64,000 nt of DNA from Gaiellales bacterium. GTDB lineage: Bacteria; Actinomycetota; Thermoleophilia; Gaiellales; JAICJC01. Below are positions 48,454 through 54,903 of the stretch, piece by piece. Position 1 is the first letter of the stretch. Every line of letters begins with the position of its first letter. The stretch covers positions 66,909 to 130,908 of the forward strand of contig DASWRM010000076.1 in assembly GCA_036403155.1 (NCBI GenBank), written 5' to 3'. Made by a program: the position numbers and the translations under genes. Below the pieces are notes generated by a model. The model was not told the DNA's origin, made no database searches, and worked only from the letters and a program-made list of their open reading frames with translations.

Positions 48454-48735
48454 CGCGTTGTGGGCGCGAACGGATCCGGCGGGCGCTGGAGCCGCACGCC
48501 CGCCGGTCGGAATACGCCGGCCAGGGCCGGATACGCGCGACGGGCCGCCGGGCTGCCCACGAAGCCGGGCCGCGTTCGCCGCCCGGTCAGTATCGACCGC
48601 GCGCCGGGTGCTGCGATCCCCATTCCGGGTGCCCGGCCCATGCCCCACGCGCTGCTCAAGGCGGGCGCGAAAGCGTCCGATATCCCACCTACGGGGTCAG
48701 GTCAGTGCCATTCACCAGCGTAGGGGTAGACGACG

Positions 48736-50802
48736 ATGAGCGAGGCCGAAACGGAAGCGAACGAGCCCGAGCGAGCGCAGGGCCGCGACGACCACAGCAC
48801 CGGCGGGCTGCGCCAGGCGATGGAGCAACGCGTCAAGGCGCTGCAGGACGCCGAGGAGCGCATCCGCCGCGAGCAGGCCGCCCTGCAGGAGCAGGCGAAG
48901 GTCGTGTTCGCCGAGCGCGAGGCTCGACTCGCACGCCGTGAGAAGGAGCTCGCCAAGCGGGAGGCCGCGCTGGCGGTCAACGAGGGCATCGCCGGCCACA
49001 ACCACGGCCCGGCCGAGCCGGAGCTGGAGGAGCGCGAGCAGGCGATCTCCGCGCGGGAGGCGGCTCTCGCCCAGCTCGCGAACGAGCTGGAGGCCCGGGA
49101 GCAGGCGGTGGCGGCACAGGACACCGATCCGGCCGCCGGGAAGCCGAGCGCCGCGGAGGGCCGCCGCATCGCCGAGCTCGAGCAGACGATCGCATCGCTC
49201 GAGGAGCAGCTGACCGCCGCCACGTCCAGCGACACCGCGCGGGAGCGCAGCGTCGACGAGCACGAGGCCGAGCTGAAGGATCGCGAGCACCGCGCCAAGA
49301 AGGTCGAACAGGTGCTCCAGCAGAAGGAGCTTCACGTCGAGGCGGCGCGGGCCGACCTCGACCAGCGCGAGGCGTCCGCCCGCGCCCACGAGGCGCAGCT
49401 GGCGGAGCGCGAGCAGGAGCTGGCCGATCGCGAGCGGGCGGCTGCCGAGGCGGCTGCCCGTGCGCAGGACGAGACGGCCGAGGGAAAGCGGCGTGAGAGC
49501 GACCTCCAGCGACGCGCGGACGATCTTGCCGCTGCGCAGGCCGCGCTGGCCGAGGCCGAGAAGGGCCTCGCCGCCCGCGAGTCGCAGATCGAGGGCGCCG
49601 AGTCGCGGCTGGCCGAGATCAGGGCCGAGAGCGATCGCCGCTCGCAGGAGGCCGAGGAGATGCTGCGGACGGTCGAGCAGCGATCGCGGGAGCTGGCCGA
49701 GCTCGAGCAGCGACTCGAGTCGATCGAGGCCCGCGCCCGCGAGGTCGAGCAGGCCGAGCAGGCGCTGGCCGAGCAGCGGGCTGCGCTCGAGGGCGCCGAC
49801 GCCCGCATCGCCGAGGCCCAGCAGCTCGTCGACCGGTCGCAGGAGCAGTTCGAGCAGATCGACCGCCAGCGCGACGAGGCGGAGCGCGCGGCCGCCGAGG
49901 CGGAGCAGCGGGTCGCCGCGCTCGCCGACAAGGAGCGGGAGCTGGCCGCGGCGGAGGCGAAGCTCGCGGAGCTGGCCCGCCGCCAGGAGGCGGTCGAGCA
50001 GGCCGAGGAGGACATCCGCCTCGTGAAGATGCAGGCCGACGCGGCGAGCCGCGAGGCCGAGCGGATGAACAAGGCCGCCGAGCGCGCCCTCGTCAATGCC
50101 GAGAAGCAGGCGCACGCCGAGGTCGAGCGGCTGGCCGCCGACCTGCGCGAGCGCGAGGCGCGGATCGCGCTTGCCGAGAGCGACATCGAGCGGCGCGAGC
50201 AGCGCCTCGACCGGCGCCAGGACGCGCTCGACGAGCGCGAGCGGTCGCTGGACGAGCGGTTCGACGCACTCGAGCTGCGCGAGACGCAGATCAAGGAGCG
50301 GGAGGCCGACGTGGCGCGGGTGACGAGCCGTGCCGACCGCGTCGAGGCCGAGCTGGACGCCCAGCGCGAGGCGCTGCGCGACGCCGAGGAGGCGGTCGGC
50401 CGCGAGCGGGCGGTGCTCCAGCGCCGGATGGCGGAGGTCGAGGAGCGCGCCGATGCGATGCGCCAGGCGCGTGAGGAGGCCGTCCGGCAGATCTCGGATC
50501 AGGCTCCGAGCGGCAAGAAGGGCGGCCTGCTGCGTGGGCGCGAGGGCACGAGCGCCAAGGCGCTCGAGGAGCTCCACCTCTCGCTGCGCGAGCGCGAGGT
50601 CGAGCTCGAGGAGCAGGAGCGCCGGCTGTCCGAGCTCTCCACCGCCCTCCAGCGCCGCGAGGCGGACCTGAACACCATGGCGCGCAAGCTTCAGTCCGGC
50701 GCGGCCGGCTCGGTCGACCGCGCGGACGACGACGACGATCGGCCGCGCAAGCGAGACGATCTCGATCCGACGCAGAAGCGCCTCCAGTTCTGGAGCAGAT
50801 AG
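48736..50802 (+). CDS. 688-aa Glu/Arg/Ala/Gln-rich coiled-coil protein
   Basis: An almost uninterrupted heptad-like charged sequence with recurring RE..L/ERE modules (AEREARLARREKELAKREAAL, LREREARIALAESDIERREQRLDRRQDALDERERSLDERF). An AGGGG RBS-like motif lies about 10 nt before the ATG. Its antisense partner is judged a shadow ORF. Confidence 0.65.
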   Translation: MSEAETEANEPERAQGRDDHSTGGLRQAMEQRVKALQDAEERIRREQAALQEQAKVVFAEREARLARREKELAKREAALAVNEGIAGHNHGPAEPELEEREQAISAREAALAQLANELEAREQAVAAQDTDPAAGKPSAAEGRRIAELEQTIASLEEQLTAATSSDTARERSVDEHEAELKDREHRAKKVEQVLQQKELHVEAARADLDQREASARAHEAQLAEREQELADRERAAAEAAARAQDETAEGKRRESDLQRRADDLAAAQAALAEAEKGLAARESQIEGAESRLAEIRAESDRRSQEAEEMLRTVEQRSRELAELEQRLESIEARAREVEQAEQALAEQRAALEGADARIAEAQQLVDRSQEQFEQIDRQRDEAERAAAEAEQRVAALADKERELAAAEAKLAELARRQEAVEQAEEDIRLVKMQADAASREAERMNKAAERALVNAEKQAHAEVERLAADLREREARIALAESDIERREQRLDRRQDALDERERSLDERFDALELRETQIKEREADVARVTSRADRVEAELDAQREALRDAEEAVGRERAVLQRRMAEVEERADAMRQAREEAVRQISDQAPSGKKGGLLRGREGTSAKALEELHLSLREREVELEEQERRLSELSTALQRREADLNTMARKLQSGAAGSVDRADDDDDRPRKRDDLDPTQKRLQFWSR

Positions 50803-50855
50803 ACCGTTGACAGCCGTTGCCCGGCGACGTCCGGGCAGCGGGCTACGGTGGGCGC

Positions 50856-51674
50856 ATGCCCGTCGCACCGGAGCGCTTGCGCCTGCGTGGTGTCGCAGCC
50901 GCCGTGGCCCTCGCCGCGTACGCGGCAACCTGGCTCGCGCCGGCGGCAGCGCGGCCGGCGATCGCAGCGCTTGCCGTCAGCGCCGCGATCGCCACCGGCC
51001 CCGCCGGGGCGGCGGCCGCCGCGCTGGGCTGCCTCGCCGTGCCGATCCCGTGGAGCATGCGGGCGGCGCTGCTCGTCGCGGCCGCCGTGAACGGCGGCCT
51101 GCACGCCCAGCGCATGCGCCAGAGCCGCGAGCTTGCGGCCCGCTCGTTCACCGACCGCCTGACGGGCCTGCGGAACTATGACTACTTCGCCGAGGCGCTG
51201 CGGTCGGAGCTCGCACGCGTGCGCCGCTACGGCGGCTGCGTCACGCTCGTGATGCTCGACCTCGACCGCTTCAAGGCATTCAACGACCAGCATGGGCACG
51301 CCGCGGGCAACCGGCTGCTGAACGCGGTCGGCCAGGCGATCGCCCGCGAGAAGCGTGACGCCGACATCGCGGCGCGGTTCGGCGGCGAGGAGTTCGCCGT
51401 GCTGGTGCCCGGGCGGGAGGGCGACGGACTGGTCGTCGCGGAGCGGATGCGGCACGCGATCGCGGACCTCTCCCCCGCGCCGACGTCGCGCCGTGACTTC
51501 ACGCCGGGTGTCAGCGCGAGCGCCGGCGTCGCGACGTTCCCCGTCGACGCGCGGACGCCGCAGGAGCTGTTCGAGCTCGCAGACCGGGCGCTCTACGAGG
51601 CCAAGCGGCGGGGGCGCGACCAGGTGGTGGCCGTGTCGGAGCTGGTCGAGCCGCAGCTGCGGCTGGCGCGTTAG
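50856..51674 (+). CDS. membrane-anchored diguanylate cyclase (GGEEF, with RxxD I-site)
   Basis: DRLTGLRNYDYF...LDLDRFKAFNDQHGHAAGN...KRDADIAARFGGEEFAVLV. RDAD lies exactly 5 residues before GGEEF. The N-terminus is Ala-rich with 3-4 TM segments. Confidence 0.85.
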   Translation: MPVAPERLRLRGVAAAVALAAYAATWLAPAAARPAIAALAVSAAIATGPAGAAAAALGCLAVPIPWSMRAALLVAAAVNGGLHAQRMRQSRELAARSFTDRLTGLRNYDYFAEALRSELARVRRYGGCVTLVMLDLDRFKAFNDQHGHAAGNRLLNAVGQAIAREKRDADIAARFGGEEFAVLVPGREGDGLVVAERMRHAIADLSPAPTSRRDFTPGVSASAGVATFPVDARTPQELFELADRALYEAKRRGRDQVVAVSELVEPQLRLAR

Positions 51675-52291
51675 CCGAGGCCGTCGAGGTCGGCGCGCTC
51701 GGCGTCGAAGCCGGCCGACCAGAGCTGCTCGTGGAAATGGTCGACGGTGAGATCGCGCGCGTCGCCGTACGGCCGGTCGATCAGCCGGACGACACGGTCG
51801 TGGTAGAACGGCACGTCGAGGTGGGCGTGCGTGACGACGTTCAGCGAGAGCTCTGCGCAGCTCGGGCAGCGCATAGCCACGCCGACCAGCTCCGCCTCCG
51901 CCGGGCACACCAGGCGCAGGCTCGAAGGGAACACCGGCTTGAGCTTGGCCTCGCGCCCGCAGTAAAGCTGCCAGGGCCAGTTTCCGCGCTGCACCTGGGC
52001 GCGGGCGATGTCGAGCAGCTCGTCCGCGAGCGGTTCGGTGCGGCCGGTGAGGAGGTTGCGGAACTCGACCGGCGCGGGAGCGATGGGCCCGTAGTCGAGG
52101 TCGTCGTGCGCCACCAGACCGACATGGTCGTCGCCGCAGCCGCAGCGGTACGTGACGCGGAAGACGGCGGGATGCGCCGCCCCCGGAAGCCGCTCGATGC
52201 TTCGGAACCGCGAGAGCGCGACCGCGTGGGTGTCGCCCTCCGGCAGGTGCGGGCAGTGGAACCGGTAGCTTGCTCGTAACACGTCATACAT
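51671..52291 (-). CDS. hypothetical Cys/His-cluster protein with internal duplication
   Basis: A GGAG RBS precedes ATG 52291. There are two similar modules (FHCPH...YRCGCGDDHVGLVAHDDLD and LYCG...LVCP...MRCPSCAELSLNVVTHAHLD). No family recognised. Confidence 0.45.
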   Translation of the reverse strand: MYDVLRASYRFHCPHLPEGDTHAVALSRFRSIERLPGAAHPAVFRVTYRCGCGDDHVGLVAHDDLDYGPIAPAPVEFRNLLTGRTEPLADELLDIARAQVQRGNWPWQLYCGREAKLKPVFPSSLRLVCPAEAELVGVAMRCPSCAELSLNVVTHAHLDVPFYHDRVVRLIDRPYGDARDLTVDHFHEQLWSAGFDAERADLDGLG

Positions 52292-52356
52292 GGGTACTCC
52301 GAATTATCGACCGCGCCGGTGCCCGAGATGAGGGCGCCGCTAGAATCGCCACGCCG

Positions 52357-52884
52357 ATGACCCGCGTCGACCTTCGCAGCAAGATCCGCGACATCCCCGA
52401 CTTTCCCAAGCCGGGCATCGTGTTCAAGGACATCATGCCCCTGCTGGCGGACGCCCAAGCACTCCAGGCAGCCGTGGACGACCTCGCGGAGTGGGCGCAG
52501 CCGCTCGAGGTCGACTACGTGGTCGGCGCCGAGGCGCGCGGGTTCATCCTCGGCTCAGCGCTCGCCTACAGGCTCGGGTGCGGGTTCATCGCGGCGCGCA
52601 AGCCGGGCAAGCTCCCCTACCTCACGGTCGGCGCAAAGTACGCGCTTGAGTACGGATTCGATGCCCTGGAGATGCACGTCGACGCCGTGCCGCGCGGCGC
52701 TCGCGTGCTGGTGCACGACGACCTGCTCGCGACCGGTGGGACGGCCAAGGCGAAGATCGACCTGGTGGAGCAGCTGGGCGCCGAGGTCGTCGGCCTGGCG
52801 TTCGTGGTGGAGCTGACGTTCCTCGGTGGGCGCGACAAGCTGTATCCCTACCGCGTGCACTCGCTGATCCAGTACGACAGCTGA
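52357..52884 (+). CDS. apt: adenine phosphoribosyltransferase
   Basis: IRDIPDFPKPGIVFKDI...VVGAEARGFILG...VLVHDDLLATGGTA carries the PRPP motif. Confidence 0.9.
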   Translation: MTRVDLRSKIRDIPDFPKPGIVFKDIMPLLADAQALQAAVDDLAEWAQPLEVDYVVGAEARGFILGSALAYRLGCGFIAARKPGKLPYLTVGAKYALEYGFDALEMHVDAVPRGARVLVHDDLLATGGTAKAKIDLVEQLGAEVVGLAFVVELTFLGGRDKLYPYRVHSLIQYDS

Positions 52885-52885
52885 G

Positions 52886-53430
52886 CGGAGCATCCCGTCA
52901 CGTCGGCGTGACGGGGCGTACCACGCTTCCGGCGGGATGATCCCGCACTCCGCCGCCCGCGGGGCCCCAAACGACCACAACGGCCGTCACGGTCCCGTGG
53001 CCGCCACGTGCGCGTCTCGACGGCCCTGTCACCTCCGCCCACCCCCACCGTCCGCTACCGGCCGGAAAAGGGGTCGGAGCCCGACTCGGGCTGCGACAGA
53101 CCTTCGTGCCCACTCCGACGCGAATCGTTGCGGCTCCGTGATGCTGGCGATCTGTCACGCCGCCGTGACACGGCGTGACGAGCCTCCGGCCGGGCGATCC
53201 CCCGTTCCGCCGCGCCGACGGCGCCAAACGACCACAACGGTCGTTACCGTCCCGTCACCGCCACGTGCGCGTCTCGGCCGCCCTGTCACCTCCGCCCACC
53301 CCCACCGTCCGCTACCGGCCGGAAAAGGGGTCGGAGCCCGACTCGGGCTGCGACAGACCTTCGTGCCCACTCCGACGCGAATCGTTGCGGCGCCGTGATG
53401 GTGGAAATCTGTGACGCCGGCGTGGCGTCA
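52886..53430. repeat. tandem duplication, 257-bp period (2 copies plus a partial third boundary)
   Basis: The core 52967-53143 matches 53224-53400: 177 nt each with 8 mismatches by hand alignment. The flanks (52894-52966 and 53151-53223) are more diverged. Each unit starts with a gtcacg...cgtgac-type palindrome, and a third palindrome at about 53409-53430 abuts the MerR stop. Confidence 0.85.
52894..52915 (+). terminator. apt terminator-like hairpin (also the left boundary palindrome of the 257-bp repeat)
   Basis: Perfect 9-bp stem cccgtcacg / cgtgacggg with loop tcgg, 10 nt after the apt stop. No U-tract. Confidence 0.45.
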
Positions 53431-54117
53431 GCGGACCGCGCGGCGCAGGTCGCGCACCAGCAGCAGGTGCGTCAGGTCGCTGGTCAGCTCGGCCAGCGCC
53501 TCCAGCTCCTCCAGCCCGGCCTCGCGCCGGTCGAGGTTGCTCGACCGAAGCGACGGCGCGAGGATCTGCTCCAGCAGCCCCGCCTCACGCCCCACCGCCG
53601 AGCGAAACGCCTTCAGATGCCGCGCCGCCACCCCGTAGCGCGCGAGCCGCTGGCACAGCGCCACGATCTCGACGTCCGTACGCGTGTACGGCTTCGGCAA
53701 CCCCGAGCGGCGGCCCTCGAGCAGCTGGTACTCCTCGAGCTCCATGATGAACCGCACGTCGACGTCCGTCTCGCCGGCGAGCTCGTCCAGGGTGAGCCGC
53801 CGGTCTGCCTGCGCCAGCGCCCGGGCACGGCGGCGCCGCGTACCGGACGGCCGCGACGCCCCCTGCGTCAGCATGTCGCGGATCACCGCAAGCGGGAGGA
53901 ACTCGTCGCGCTGCATGCGCAGGATCGCACGCAGCCGCTCGACGTCGTCCTGGCTGAACAGGCGGTAGCCGCCCGGCGTCCGCCGCGGCGAGATCAGCTT
54001 CTGGTCCTCGAGGAACCGGATCTTCGAGATCGAGATGTCGTCGAACTCCTCGCCCAGCATCCGGCAGACGGCGCCGATCGTCAGGTTCGCAGGGAGGGTG
54101 TCGGGTTCAGCTGCCAC
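53428..54117 (-). CDS. MerR-family transcriptional regulator (FtsR/Rv1828-like position after the FHA gene)
   Basis: LTIGAVCRMLGEEFDDISISKIRFLEDQKLISPRRTPGGYRLF is a MerR HTH. It is the last gene of the small-protein/FHA/MerR operon, with a 1-nt gap from the FHA stop. Confidence 0.8.
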   Translation of the reverse strand: MAAEPDTLPANLTIGAVCRMLGEEFDDISISKIRFLEDQKLISPRRTPGGYRLFSQDDVERLRAILRMQRDEFLPLAVIRDMLTQGASRPSGTRRRRARALAQADRRLTLDELAGETDVDVRFIMELEEYQLLEGRRSGLPKPYTRTDVEIVALCQRLARYGVAARHLKAFRSAVGREAGLLEQILAPSLRSSNLDRREAGLEELEALAELTSDLTHLLLVRDLRRAVR

Positions 54118-54118
54118 G

Positions 54119-54571
54119 TCAGTGCTCGATGAAGGCGAGTCGGTACTTGCCGATCTGCAGCTCGTCGCCGTCGCTCAGCCGCGCGTCCTCCACGCGCTCG
54201 CGGTTGACGTACGTGCCGTTCAGACTGCCCTGGTCGACGATGTGCACGCCGTCCTCGCGCTGCTCCAGCACGGCATGCTCCCGGGAGACGGTGATGTCGT
54301 CCAGGAACACGTCGCTCTGCGGGGCGCGGCCGATGCTCGTGCGCGACAGCCCCACGGGGAACTGGTCGCCCGCGCGACCGCCCCCGAGCCTGATGACGAG
54401 GGTCGCGCCCTCGACGACGGCGTCCATCATCTCGCTGTCGGCCCCGGGCTCCGCGGGCGGCGTGAAGCTGATCGTCGCCTCGCCCTCGGCGACCTCGATC
54501 AGGCTCGCGCCGCACCGGGCGCAGAACCGCGCAGACTCGCGGTTGTGGTGGCCGCACTCCGGGCAGTACAC
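54119..54571 (-). CDS. FHA-domain protein with N-terminal zinc ribbon (GarA/OdhI-like position)
   Basis: A CPECG...CARCG ribbon, then FHA (TSIGRAPQSDVFLDDITVSREHAVL...GSLNGTYVN). The GTG 54571 start is inferred. Confidence 0.8.
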   Translation of the reverse strand: MYCPECGHHNRESARFCARCGASLIEVAEGEATISFTPPAEPGADSEMMDAVVEGATLVIRLGGGRAGDQFPVGLSRTSIGRAPQSDVFLDDITVSREHAVLEQREDGVHIVDQGSLNGTYVNRERVEDARLSDGDELQIGKYRLAFIEH

Positions 54572-54584
54572 CGCGCTGGCGCTC

Positions 54585-54845
54585 CTAGGACGCCTCGTCG
54601 CCGAGATCCGGCGGCGGGCCCTTGTGGGCGAGGATCTCGGTGAGCCGGTCGATGTCCACGGCCAGCGTCTCGTCGCCGCCGTGGCGTCGCTTGATCCGGT
54701 CGACCAGCTCCGCACGGAGAATGTCGATGCGGCCGTGCAGCAGACGGCGCCGGTAGGAGATCTCCTCCTCCTCGCGCACGTGCTCGTCGATCAGCCGGCG
54801 CAGCTCATCATCGCTCAGAGTCGCAAAATCAGGCAGAACGTCCAT
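54585..54845 (-). CDS. small helical protein with a single RsiG-like E-X3-S-X2-R-X3-H-X3-D motif
   Basis: MDVLPDFATLSDDELRRLIDEHVREEEEISYRRRLLHGRIDILRAEL.... The motif residues are E26, S30, R33, H37 and D41. It is the first gene of the FHA/MerR operon. Confidence 0.5.
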   Translation of the reverse strand: MDVLPDFATLSDDELRRLIDEHVREEEEISYRRRLLHGRIDILRAELVDRIKRRHGGDETLAVDIDRLTEILAHKGPPPDLGDEAS

Positions 54846-54871
54846 GTCAGTCCAATCGGCGGGTTTGCCAA

Positions 54872-54900
54872 AGTCTACCCGTCCCGCGGGTATTCCTCAA
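54872..54900 (-). promoter_or_regulatory. candidate promoter of the small-protein/FHA/MerR operon
   Basis: The minus strand reads TTGAGG (54900-54895), a 17-nt spacer, then TAGACT (54877-54872). The -10 element ends about 26 nt before ATG 54845. Confidence 0.35.
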
Positions 54901-54903
54901 GTT

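Noticed and set aside
48223-48735. c-di-GMP (GEMM-I/II) or c-di-AMP (ydaO) riboswitch in the long leader, and protein-coding ORFs 48313..48723 plus and 48306..48659 minus
   Set aside because: I could not find the conserved GEMM or ydaO sequence blocks by eye, so no riboswitch class is claimed, and a covariance-model scan is needed. The ORFs encode Pro/Arg/Gly-rich strings without RBS or motifs.
50807-50812. TTGACA hexamer after the coiled-coil gene as the promoter of the diguanylate cyclase
   Set aside because: No acceptable -10 hexamer lies 16-19 nt downstream. The sequence instead forms an 8-bp hairpin (50817-50838), so it is noted only as a possible attenuator within the c-di-GMP neighbourhood finding.
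48712-50928. 738-aa minus-strand ORF fully antisense to the coiled-coil gene
   Set aside because: It is codon-aligned with the plus-strand gene, so it inherits an open frame from the GAG/CGC/GCC/CAG-rich sense codons. Its product is a Leu/Gly/Arg-rich low-complexity string. It would start inside the GGDEF gene and has no RBS. The plus-strand product has regular coiled-coil character and an RBS.
52937-53398. 153-aa plus-strand ORF (and minus-strand ORFs 52898..53227 and 53155..53370) spanning the 257-bp tandem repeat
   Set aside because: The products are Pro/Arg/Thr-rich and simply repeat because the DNA repeats. There is no RBS, and the differences between the copies do not preserve any one frame preferentially.
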